Origin: an uncultured Flavobacteriales bacterium
GTDB taxonomy: Bacteria > Bacteroidota > Bacteroidia > Flavobacteriales > JBLHRE01
Length of the DNA: 64,000 nucleotides
Assembly (NCBI GenBank): GCA_937139155.1
Contig: CAKZPI010000042.1
Span: 2,087-66,086 of the forward strand
Direction of reading: 5' to 3'
This document shows, one piece after another, positions 1 through 7,624 of the stretch. A program made the position numbers and the translations under genes. Each line of letters opens with the position of its first letter. The stretch's first letter is position 1. Below the pieces are notes generated by a model. The model was given only the letters and a program-made list of their open reading frames with translations, was not told the origin of the DNA and ran no database searches.

Positions 1-78
1 CCTACTCATAATTGGCAAACCGTTGTAGCTAATGTGAAAAGGTCACTCTGAAAATCATTAACTTTGGTAAAGGTCAAC

Positions 79-381
79 ATGAACGCCTTGAACGAACATA
101 TCGAACTAATCAAAGAAGCCTGCTCGCTAAATCGGGTGAAACGATTATTTGCATTCGGGTCTGTTACTAGAAATGAGTTGAAGCCTGAAAGCGATATTGA
201 TCTGGTTGTTGAATTCGATGACAGCGACCCCATTTCATACACCGATCACTATTTTGACTTAAAGGAAAAGCTCGAGCAGCTATTAAAACGCCCAATTGAT
301 TTGCTTGAAGAAAAGGCCATTAGAAATCCATTTTTGAGAAGTGAGATTGACAAAACAAAGGTGATGATCTATGGAGAGTGA
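79..381 (+). CDS. Minimal nucleotidyltransferase (MNT-type antitoxin of a HEPN/MNT pair)
   Basis: The translation contains GSVTRNELKPESDIDLVVEF, the GS...DxD signature of minimal nucleotidyltransferases. The ORF is small (~100 aa) and overlaps the downstream HEPN ORF by 11 nt. The track starts at a TTG (64); the first ATG is at 79. Confidence 0.8.
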   Translation: MNALNEHIELIKEACSLNRVKRLFAFGSVTRNELKPESDIDLVVEFDDSDPISYTDHYFDLKEKLEQLLKRPIDLLEEKAIRNPFLRSEIDKTKVMIYGE

Positions 382-709
382 GATCAAAATCTGGTTGTCG
401 GATATCAGAGAAGCTATCCGGGAAATCAATCAATTTCTTCCAGAAAAAAGAGATTTCAAAGACTTTCAGAAGGACCTAAAGACAAAGCGAGCCATTGAGA
501 GAAACATCGAAATAATCGGTGAAGCTGTGAACAGAATCTTACAAGTCAATTTAGGGGTATCCATTTCCAGTGCACGAAAAATTGTAGACACAAGAAACAG
601 GATCATTCATGGCTATGACTCAGTCTCGGAAGAAATAATTTGGGCCATTGTAATTAGTGACCTTCCACTTCTTGAAAAAGAAGTTGACTCTTTATTAAAA
701 GAGGAATAA
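371..709 (+). CDS. HEPN / DUF86 family protein (HepT-like toxin partner of MNT)
   Basis: 112 aa with RNRIIHGY, which matches the Rx4-6H HEPN motif. It is translationally coupled to the upstream nucleotidyltransferase. Confidence 0.8.
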   Translation: MESEIKIWLSDIREAIREINQFLPEKRDFKDFQKDLKTKRAIERNIEIIGEAVNRILQVNLGVSISSARKIVDTRNRIIHGYDSVSEEIIWAIVISDLPLLEKEVDSLLKEE

Positions 710-1008
710 AAGCACTAGCCACAACAACGTCTAAGAAAACATAGGTCCGACTGCGTTAGCGAGACATTTCGTATTTTGGTTTAAACTTGCTACCGGCGGA
801 GACAGAAGCGGATATAAAGCCCCACGTTTCTTAACAGGGGCCGCTAGTGGCAATTCCCCACATTACCCCGTCCAAAAGTGCCAATGAAAGCTATCACTTT
901 TTACCAGGGCTAATTAATATCTCCTGCTAACGAATTGGTATATCCTCAGTACCTTAAAGGCGACCCATGAAACTGCCTGAAATACACCGACAAAACACCT
1001 CATCTGGG

Positions 1009-1030
1009 GTGACTAGTGACTAGTGACTGG
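1009..1030. repeat. Heptamer tandem repeat (GTGACTA)x2 followed by GTGACTGG
   Basis: Read directly as gtgactagtgactagtgactgg. The same motif recurs at 1150-1178. Confidence 0.9.
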
Positions 1031-1149
1031 AAAGCCTGATATTCAGCAGTTTTACACCTAAACCAGCCAATCGCCGTTTGAGGTACTTGGAACCAGGTAA
1101 TTGGAATTAGGTACCTTAAATTCAACGGCTCAACGCCTCAACAAAAGGA

Positions 1150-1178
1150 GTGACTAGTGACTAGTGACTAGTGACTGG
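1150..1178. repeat. Heptamer tandem repeat (GTGACTA)x3 followed by GTGACTGG
   Basis: Read directly as gtgactagtgactagtgactagtgactgg. It is a longer copy of the 1009-1030 block. Confidence 0.9.
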
Positions 1179-1262
1179 ATGTACTGAAATTGAGCGCTTT
1201 AACTCCTAAAACACTAAACTACTCAACAACTCAACAACTCAACGTCTCAACATCTCCATCAA

Positions 1263-1360
1263 CCATCAACTCTCAACCATCAACTCTCAACCATCAACTC
1301 TCGACCATCAACTCTCAACCATCAACTCTCAACCATCAACTCTCAACCATCAACTCTCAA
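1263..1360. repeat. 14-bp minisatellite CCATCAACTCTCAA x7 (one copy carries an A-to-G variant)
   Basis: Seven contiguous 14-bp units were counted (1263, 1277, 1291, 1305, 1319, 1333, 1347). They are preceded by degenerate CTCAAC-rich sequence from about 1120. Confidence 0.95.
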
Positions 1361-1400
1361 CTCCTCAACAATCGCTAAACTTTCCGATGTATTTCGGTTA

Positions 1401-2117
1401 TCATCTGGTTTGGCCAAAAAACAGGGCTTGCATTCTTAGGTATTTCAGCATTTCAATCTGATTTTCGAAACTTTGGGGTTTTTGGTTCCGAATCATGAGC
1501 CAATACCTGGGTTGCTCTTCAGGGTCTAAGCCAAAAAACACGGAAAGATCCTCCTGACTTAACCGTTCTTCCCAGTAACTTACCTTTTCGTCCCAGGCCT
1601 CAATTTTTTCCCATTCCCTTTTTTCCTTGGCCTTGTCTGAAAACATCTCGTATAGATATTCCACCGGGTTGTCTAGTCCGGGGGGTGGACCCTTGCCGGG
1701 GGGTGGGGGTGGACTTTCTTTTTCCTGGGTGATTTCCGGTCGTTTGGTTTCGGTGGGCTTCTTGTCTAAAATCTTTTCTTTGAATGCCCTTAATCTCTCC
1801 GCATCCGAGGCAATGACTTCGTCTAGCTCGTAAATGGCTGGTTTTAATAGGAAAAGGGAGATTTTGGCGGCAGAATCCGTGGTTAGCCTTAGGGTGTCAT
1901 AACCGAGGGCAGTAAAGATTACTTCGGTGTTTCCTTGGGCCTCTATTTCAAAGCTTCCTTCATCGTTGGTTACCGTTCCAATTGAGTACCCAGCAATGAC
2001 CACATGCACGTTTTCAATGGGTTTCTGAGATTCTTGATGAACCACCTTCCCCGAAAGGGTTAATTGCCCAAAAGCAAAGCTAGGTATGCAAACAACAAGA
2101 AAAAGGAATGATTTCAT
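1401..2117 (-). CDS. Secreted CarboxypepD_reg-like domain protein with a proline-rich linker
   Basis: It has an N-terminal signal-like peptide (MKSFLFLVVCIPSFAFG) and a GKVV...PIENVHV...GTVTNDEGSFEI beta-sandwich pattern typical of carboxypeptidase regulatory-like domains. A PPPPPGKGPPPG tract is also present. Confidence 0.55.
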   Translation of the reverse strand: MKSFLFLVVCIPSFAFGQLTLSGKVVHQESQKPIENVHVVIAGYSIGTVTNDEGSFEIEAQGNTEVIFTALGYDTLRLTTDSAAKISLFLLKPAIYELDEVIASDAERLRAFKEKILDKKPTETKRPEITQEKESPPPPPGKGPPPGLDNPVEYLYEMFSDKAKEKREWEKIEAWDEKVSYWEERLSQEDLSVFFGLDPEEQPRYWLMIRNQKPQSFENQIEMLKYLRMQALFFGQTR

Positions 2118-2163
2118 ACCCTAATACAACCCGAAAACAATCATTTTGGTATGAGTTAAAGTT

Positions 2164-2616
2164 CTAATCGCGTTTGAAATAAATATAATCCGTTGCAGGA
2201 ACTTTTAGTCCCTTTTTGGATAACTGCCCAGCAATCTGAGCCCGGTGATGGGTAGAATGATTGGCCATGTGAATTAGAATGTCTTTCAACAAAGAGGTAT
2301 GGGCCTTTTCAGAAGTAGAATTATACTTGATCTCCCGATAAAGATCGGCATCACTACTCTCGTGAATCAAGGTGGTTACCTGTTTGGTGTACGACTCGTT
2401 CAGCTCTTTCATTTCTTTAAGGGCATGGTCTTCCCAAATCTCATAATTGGGCTTATAATGCTCAATTCTCGACAGCCAAATTTCATAGGCATTGAATATA
2501 TGACTCATCCAAGAAATGGCTTTCTCATCGTCAACCTTATGCTCTAACATAAGGTCTATGTATTTCTTATTGGCCCAACGGGTATAAGCAAATAAGTCTA
2601 TAAGCGCGTACTTCAT
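2164..2616 (-). CDS. DinB-family (DinB_2-like) metal-dependent protein
   Basis: 150 aa helical-bundle protein with conserved His positions (HIFNAYEIW ... HMANHSTHHRAQI) typical of the DinB/YfiT superfamily. Confidence 0.7.
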   Translation of the reverse strand: MKYALIDLFAYTRWANKKYIDLMLEHKVDDEKAISWMSHIFNAYEIWLSRIEHYKPNYEIWEDHALKEMKELNESYTKQVTTLIHESSDADLYREIKYNSTSEKAHTSLLKDILIHMANHSTHHRAQIAGQLSKKGLKVPATDYIYFKRD

Positions 2617-2643
2617 ATTAAGAATCCTTAGAGGGTGAATGTA

Positions 2644-3402
2644 CTAATTAAGATTGGTCTCTGATTTTTGAGAGTACCAACCTAGCAATAAAAGAATGGC
2701 AAATGAAATTAAGGCCTTGCTGTAAATGGCTTTCTGGTAATCATTTATGATTGAGGCCGGGGTTTGCCATTGAATGAACTGAAGTTTTTGATCAGATTCT
2801 AAGGCCTGATTCAACCATTTTCGCTTTTCTGGGTTGGGAAGGATAATTACTTCCTCCTTATTTTTTTCAATGGCCTCTAAGGCATTAAGTCTTAGCTTTT
2901 CGCGATCTTTTCCTGGTCCGGCAAAAACCATGTAAACCTTATTTAAGCTGTCTTCATAAACCGGTTGGTAGGCAATGGTGAGTTGATCTGTACTGTCGTG
3001 GATGAACTCAAATTGGTCGGAAGTACGGAAAATCTTGTTGGGGTCTTTTACCCGACCCGAGTCAGAGTTCAGAATGAGTTCTTTGTCTGAAATTGGGTTG
3101 TACTCAGGAAGGTTTCCGAGGTATTTTTCTGTAAGCTTTGCTGAGCCCATCGGACCCGCAAGGAGGATTAAAATCATCATCAAGGCCACCGAGTGGATTA
3201 CGAAGAACAAAACTCCGAAGGGAGCCTTTTCCTGGGTCCATGGCCGCCATTGGTAGATGGCCGCGGCAATAATAGGACCAAAGATCATGCATGCAAAGGC
3301 TGCAAATCCAGCTTGGTTTACCAACAAAAGGTAGGCGGGAATGAAAAGTAGGAAGCTTATGCCCAAATGAATGAAGAAGGCTTTTAAGAAGCGATTAAGC
3401 AT
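2644..3402 (-). CDS. Hypothetical membrane protein
   Basis: Three or four hydrophobic helices at the N-terminus and one at the C-terminus. I chose the start at internal Met25 (3402) so that the ORF does not run over the ettA promoter region. No family was recognised. Confidence 0.45.
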   Translation of the reverse strand: MLNRFLKAFFIHLGISFLLFIPAYLLLVNQAGFAAFACMIFGPIIAAAIYQWRPWTQEKAPFGVLFFVIHSVALMMILILLAGPMGSAKLTEKYLGNLPEYNPISDKELILNSDSGRVKDPNKIFRTSDQFEFIHDSTDQLTIAYQPVYEDSLNKVYMVFAGPGKDREKLRLNALEAIEKNKEEVIILPNPEKRKWLNQALESDQKLQFIQWQTPASIINDYQKAIYSKALISFAILLLLGWYSQKSETNLN

Positions 3403-3432
3403 GGGTTCGAATTTTCGGCAAACTTCTGAATT

Positions 3433-3461
3433 TTTGCCCAAGGATGGGGCTTTTATTTTTG
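3433..3461 (+). promoter_or_regulatory. Candidate Bacteroidota sigma-A promoter for ettA (-33 TTTG, -7 TAnnTTTG)
   Basis: TTTG at 3433-3436 and TATTTTTG at 3454-3461 are 17 nt apart and sit 28 nt upstream of the ettA ATG. This matches the published Bacteroides/Flavobacterium -33/-7 consensus. Confidence 0.35.
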
Positions 3462-3488
3462 CGATATTCGCCACCTCAAAATTTAGTT

Positions 3489-5177
3489 ATGTCAGACGAT
3501 AAGCAGGTTATATTTTCAATGGTTGGTGTGAGCAAGTCTTACCCCAACGGTAAACAAGTTCTTAAAGACATTTACCTTTCTTTTTTCTACGGAGCCAAGA
3601 TTGGTATCATTGGTTTGAACGGATCGGGTAAATCAACCCTTCTTAGAATCATTGCCGGGGTAGAGAAGTCATACCAAGGGGATGTTCATTTTTCTCCAGG
3701 CTATTCTGTGGGAATGCTTGAGCAGGAACCCCAGCTTGACGAATCAAAAACCGTTATGGAGATTGTGAAGGAAGGGGTCCAGGAAACGGTTGACGTATTG
3801 AATGAATACAATGCCATTTCTGAGAAATTCATGGATGAAGAAGTCATGAATGACCCAGACAAAATGCAGAAGCTTATTGACCGCCAAGGTGAACTGCAAG
3901 ATAAAATTGATGCGGCCAATGCATGGGAACTAGATTCTATGCTAGAGCGCGCCATGGACGCCCTTCGTTGTCCGGATGGAGACGCCCCCATTGCTCAGCT
4001 ATCAGGAGGGGAGCGTAGGAGGGTTGCCCTTTGCAGACTGCTTTTAAAACAACCCGATATTTTGCTTTTGGATGAGCCTACCAACCACCTTGACGCAGAA
4101 TCTGTGCATTGGTTAGAGCAGCATCTTCAACAATATAAAGGAACCGTAATTGCCATTACCCACGATAGGTATTTCCTTGACAATGTAGCGGGGTGGATTT
4201 TGGAACTCGACCGAGGAGAAGGCATTCCCTGGAAAGGAAATTATTCAGGATGGCTGGACCAAAAAAGCAAGCGGTTGGCTCAGGAAGAAAAGCAAGAGTC
4301 TAAGCGTAGAAAAACCCTTGAACGAGAACTTGAATGGGTGCGAATGAGCCCGAAGGGCCGTCAAGCGAAAAGCAAAGCTCGTTTGAGCAATTACGATAAA
4401 CTGGTCAGCCAAGAAACCAAAGACCGCGAGGCCAAATTGGAATTATTCATTCCGCCTGGACCTAGGCTTGGATCCAACGTGATTGAAGCGAAAAACATTT
4501 CGAAAGGATTCGGAGATCGACTTTTAATTGAAGATTTGAGCTTCAATCTTCCCCCAGCAGGCATTGTAGGTGTTATCGGCCCAAATGGCGCGGGAAAAAC
4601 CACTTTGTTTAAAATGATCATGGGACAAGAAGAGCCAGATCAGGGTGAATTCAAGGTAGGAGATACCGTAGAGGTGTCTTATGTGGATCAAAGACATGAA
4701 GACTTGATTCCAGATAAGACCATCTATGAGGTTATCTCTCAAGGCGAGGAAACCATTATGCTTGGCAAGCAAGAAATCAACGCCAGGGCATACCTAAGCA
4801 AGTTTAATTTTGCCGGATCGGACCAAAGCAAAAAAGTTGGGGTGCTTTCAGGAGGAGAAAGAAACCGATTGCATCTTGCCATGGCCATGAAGCAAGGGGG
4901 GAACGTCTTGCTTTTGGATGAGCCTACCAACGACTTGGATGTGAATACCCTTCGTGCCCTTGAAGAAGCCCTTGAAAACTTTGGAGGCTGTGCTGTGGTG
5001 ATTTCCCATGATAGATGGTTCCTTGATCGGATTTGTACTCATATGCTAGCATTTGAGGGGAATAGTCAGGTTTATTATTTTGAAGGTGGCTATTCTGATT
5101 ACGAGGAAAACCGCAAGAAGAGAATGGGAGAAACCGAGCCCAAACGCATTCGGTACAAGCCTCTTGTGAAGAACTAG
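3489..5177 (+). CDS. ettA: Energy-dependent translational throttle protein EttA (ABC-F ATPase)
   Basis: Two ABC cassettes are present (GLNGSGKST ... LSGGERRRVAL ... LLLDEPTNHLD, then GPNGAGKTT ... LSGGERNRLHL ... LLLDEPTNDLD) with no TM domain. The ~560 aa length and inter-domain linker are typical of EttA. The start is placed at MSDDKQVIF (3489). Confidence 0.9.
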   Translation: MSDDKQVIFSMVGVSKSYPNGKQVLKDIYLSFFYGAKIGIIGLNGSGKSTLLRIIAGVEKSYQGDVHFSPGYSVGMLEQEPQLDESKTVMEIVKEGVQETVDVLNEYNAISEKFMDEEVMNDPDKMQKLIDRQGELQDKIDAANAWELDSMLERAMDALRCPDGDAPIAQLSGGERRRVALCRLLLKQPDILLLDEPTNHLDAESVHWLEQHLQQYKGTVIAITHDRYFLDNVAGWILELDRGEGIPWKGNYSGWLDQKSKRLAQEEKQESKRRKTLERELEWVRMSPKGRQAKSKARLSNYDKLVSQETKDREAKLELFIPPGPRLGSNVIEAKNISKGFGDRLLIEDLSFNLPPAGIVGVIGPNGAGKTTLFKMIMGQEEPDQGEFKVGDTVEVSYVDQRHEDLIPDKTIYEVISQGEETIMLGKQEINARAYLSKFNFAGSDQSKKVGVLSGGERNRLHLAMAMKQGGNVLLLDEPTNDLDVNTLRALEEALENFGGCAVVISHDRWFLDRICTHMLAFEGNSQVYYFEGGYSDYEENRKKRMGETEPKRIRYKPLVKN

Positions 5178-5232
5178 TTCAAGGTCTTATGGTGATGGTC
5201 TTATCTAGGTAATCATACCCTTTCGGGTTACC

Positions 5233-6187
5233 ATCAACCTTCTCGTTTTGATTTAGACGGCATACGCCAAGGGCGCATGCTGGCATCATAGGGTGGGGCT
5301 TTGGGTTAAAGAGACGTTATCCGCCTGAGGCGGATAAAATGTATGGGTGGAATTATTTGGATAGGACTTGGTGTCAATGCTTTGGATTTAACCTGAAAAG
5401 TTTCGTCCGTCCGGGGTGCGCTGTAGCAAAGTTCTACGTAAGTGATTGATCTGATTCAAGTTACTCAACCCTTTTTGGCTGAAATCAACCGTCCTGGCTT
5501 GATTTAGACGGCATACGCCCAGGGCGCATGCTGGCATTATGGGTTGGGTGTTTGGTTAAAGAGACGTTATCCGCCTTAGGCGGATCAGGGGTGAGGGTAG
5601 AATTATTTGGATAGGACTTGGTGTCAATGCTTTGGATTTAACCTGAAAAGTTTCGTCCGTCCGGGGTACGCAATAGGATAGTACCGACTTGATGATTAGA
5701 CAGGTTCAAGTTAATCACACCTTTTTGGCTGAAATCAACCTTCTCGTTTTGATTTAGACGGCATACGCCTAAGGCGCATGCTGGCATCTTGTGGGGTGGG
5801 GTTTTGGGTTAAAGAGACGTTATCCGCCTGAGGCGGATAAGAGGTGAGGGTAGAATTATTTGGATAGGGCTTTGTGTCAATGCTTTGGATTTAACCTGAA
5901 AAGTTTCGTCCGTCCGGGGTGCGCTGTAGCAAAGTACTACGTAAGTGATTGATCTGATTCAAGTTTACCATTTTCTTAAGGGTTGCAATCAACCTTCTCG
6001 TTTTGATTTAGACGGCATACGCCTAGGGCGCATGCTGGTATTATGGGGTGGGGTGTTGGGTTAAAGAGACGTTATCCGCCTGAGGCGGATAAAATGTATG
6101 GGTGGAATTATTTGGATAGGGCAGCGTACCGATATCGAGGGTTCAACTCCAAAGGTTTCGTCCGCCTCAGGCGGACGATGTCTTTTT
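5233..6187. repeat. Tandem array of four ~250-bp structured units (three full copies plus one variant/truncated copy)
   Basis: The anchor ATCAACC recurs at 5233, 5484, 5734 and 5988 (periods 251, 250, 254). Each unit carries hairpin A, GCATACGCC-NNN-GGCGCATGC (for example 5260-5280), and hairpin B, TTATCCGCC-TGAG-GGCGGATAA (for example 5317-5337). No ORF of 60 aa or more exists on either strand. Confidence 0.9.
6159..6187 (+). terminator. Intrinsic-terminator-like hairpin closing the repeat array on the plus strand
   Basis: An 8-bp GC-rich stem, CGTCCGCC-TCAG-GGCGGACG, is followed by ATGTCTTTTT. Confidence 0.55.
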
Positions 6188-6207
6188 AAGCCCCCACGGT
6201 AAACAAT

Positions 6208-6241
6208 AAAAAAAGGGACCACACTTTCGCAGGATCCCTTT
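6208..6241 (-). terminator. Terminator hairpin downstream of the kbl-like gene
   Basis: On the minus strand AAGGGATCC...GGTCCCTT is followed by a T7 run (the complement of A-run 6208-6214). It lies 23 nt after the stop codon. Confidence 0.6.
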
Positions 6242-6263
6242 TGAATGATTCTATATTTCAGAC

Positions 6264-7505
6264 CTAATGCATGGCAATGGTATCAGAAACATACTCACCA
6301 TTGGCAAGCTTGTCTTTGATTTTTGAGAAGGATTCAATGGTATATTTCACATCCTCTAAACTGTGCATGGCGGTGGGGATCAGTCGTAGCATGATCACAC
6401 CTTTAGGTACTACAGGGTAGGTTACAATGGAACAGAAGATTCCAAAATTCTCACGTAAATCCAGGGTTAAATTCGTGGCCTCACCAACACCTCCATTTAA
6501 AAACACAGGGGTTACTGGCGATTGGGTATTTCCTAAATTGAACCCTGCTTCCTTCAAACCACTTTGAAGAGCATTGGCGATTTCCCAAAGCTTATCCTTC
6601 AACTCAGGCTTGCTGCGTAGCAATTCAAGGCGTTTTAATGCTCCAATTACCAATGGGATGGGCAGAGACTTGGCGAAAATCTGAGAGCGCATGTTGTAGC
6701 GCAGGTATTCAATTACATTTTCATTACCGGAGATGAAGGCTCCAATAAGGGCCATACTCTTGGCAAAGGTTCCAAAGTAAACATCAATCCCGTCTTGACA
6801 GTTCAAATGCTCACCGGTTCCAACACCCGTTTTTCCCATGGTTCCAAACCCGTGGGCATCATCCACAAACAAACGGAACTCAAATTTTTCCTTCAGGGCG
6901 CAGATTTCATCCAACTTACCCATATCACCAGACATTCCGAAAACCCCCTCGGTGATCACCAGTACGGCGCCACCAGTTTTCTCTGTAATTTTCTCCGCTC
7001 GTTCAAGCTGCTTGGTTAGGTTCTCAATATCGTTGTGAGGAAATACAAAACGCTTTCCTTGGTGAAGACGAACTCCATCAACAATACAAGCGTGCGATTC
7101 TGCATCGTAAACTATTACGTCATTCCGGTCTACCAAGGCGTCAATCGCGCTAAGCATACCCTGATACCCGAAATTCAATAGGATGGTATCTTCCTTCTGC
7201 ATGAAATCCGAAAGCTCTTTCTCAAGCTTTTCGTGGTAATTGGTATTACCAGACATCATCCGAGACCCCATTGGGTATCCTAAGCCCCATTCGGCTGCAG
7301 CCTTAGCATCTGCCTCACGAACCTCCGGGTGATTGGCCAAACCTATGTAGTTGTTGATTGACCAACCCAGAACTTCCTTGCCTCGAAACTTCATATGAGC
7401 TGCTACCTCACCTTCTAATTTGGGGAAAGTGAAATACCCATGAGCATCTTTGGCGTGTTGGCCAAGAGGACCTCTATTATGCTTAATCTTCTCAAATAAA
7501 TCCAT
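6264..7505 (-). CDS. Alpha-oxoamine synthase family PLP enzyme (2-amino-3-ketobutyrate CoA ligase / AONS / Spt-like)
   Basis: About 413 aa with the class-II aminotransferase fold. It has DDAHGFG and the PLP-lysine motif GTFAKSMA, and an N-terminus (MDLFEKIK...LGQH) like Kbl-type enzymes. Substrate cannot be assigned from sequence; Bacteroidota paralogs make sphingolipid or sulfonolipid bases. Confidence 0.8.
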   Translation of the reverse strand: MDLFEKIKHNRGPLGQHAKDAHGYFTFPKLEGEVAAHMKFRGKEVLGWSINNYIGLANHPEVREADAKAAAEWGLGYPMGSRMMSGNTNYHEKLEKELSDFMQKEDTILLNFGYQGMLSAIDALVDRNDVIVYDAESHACIVDGVRLHQGKRFVFPHNDIENLTKQLERAEKITEKTGGAVLVITEGVFGMSGDMGKLDEICALKEKFEFRLFVDDAHGFGTMGKTGVGTGEHLNCQDGIDVYFGTFAKSMALIGAFISGNENVIEYLRYNMRSQIFAKSLPIPLVIGALKRLELLRSKPELKDKLWEIANALQSGLKEAGFNLGNTQSPVTPVFLNGGVGEATNLTLDLRENFGIFCSIVTYPVVPKGVIMLRLIPTAMHSLEDVKYTIESFSKIKDKLANGEYVSDTIAMH

Positions 7506-7624
7506 GCGTGAATACCTTTTTAAAATGGCGTACAAAAGTAGAAACTTAGACTAAGGTGGCAAATATTTCGTTTTCAACTTTATTTAGGCTTTACAAGCCA
7601 TATTAAAAAACCTATTTTTGCCGG

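Noticed and set aside
6-242. 78-aa minus-strand ORF at the window start
   Set aside because: It is antisense to the nucleotidyltransferase gene, which has a clear catalytic motif and is coupled to its HEPN partner.
1190-1378. 62-aa ORF in the supplied track (…STINSQPSTLNHQLSTINSQ…)
   Set aside because: It is just the translation of the 14-bp CCATCAACTCTCAA minisatellite and CTCAAC-rich DNA. A 14-bp unit is not a multiple of 3, which produces the periodic peptide artefact. It has no start context and no plausible fold.
3403-3413. GGTTCGAAT string resembling a tRNA T-loop
   Set aside because: The flanking bases cannot form a T-stem (ATGGG versus TTTCG) and no acceptor or anticodon arms are nearby. 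It lies at the start of the membrane-protein gene on the opposite strand. I found no tRNA-like cloverleaf in the larger intergenic regions I inspected by eye.
5290-5306. G-quadruplex potential of the GGGTGGGGCTTTGGG tracts in each array unit
   Set aside because: Only three G-runs occur per unit, whereas a canonical intramolecular G4 needs four. The tract is also the most length-variable part of the unit, so I treat it as a variable linker rather than a defined motif.
5339-5449. Plus-strand 36-aa ORF (MYGWNYLDRTWCQCFGFNLKSFVRPGCAVAKFYVSD) inside array copy 1
   Set aside because: The ATG and reading frame are not conserved. Copies 2 and 3 have in-frame stop codons (TGA/TAG) at the equivalent position, so it is unlikely to be coding.
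6137-6155. GGTTCAACTCC in array copy 4 resembling a T-arm or tmRNA-like end
   Set aside because: There is no complementary T-stem and no acceptor stem with a CCA context, so the resemblance is limited to a 7-nt loop-like string.
5233-6187. Possible CRISPR-like array, since it shows regularly spaced repeats with variable segments
   Set aside because: The period is about 250 bp, with ~190 bp conserved and ~60 bp variable, far outside CRISPR repeat and spacer sizes. The variable segments of copies 1 and 3 are nearly identical rather than unique. No cas genes are present in the window.
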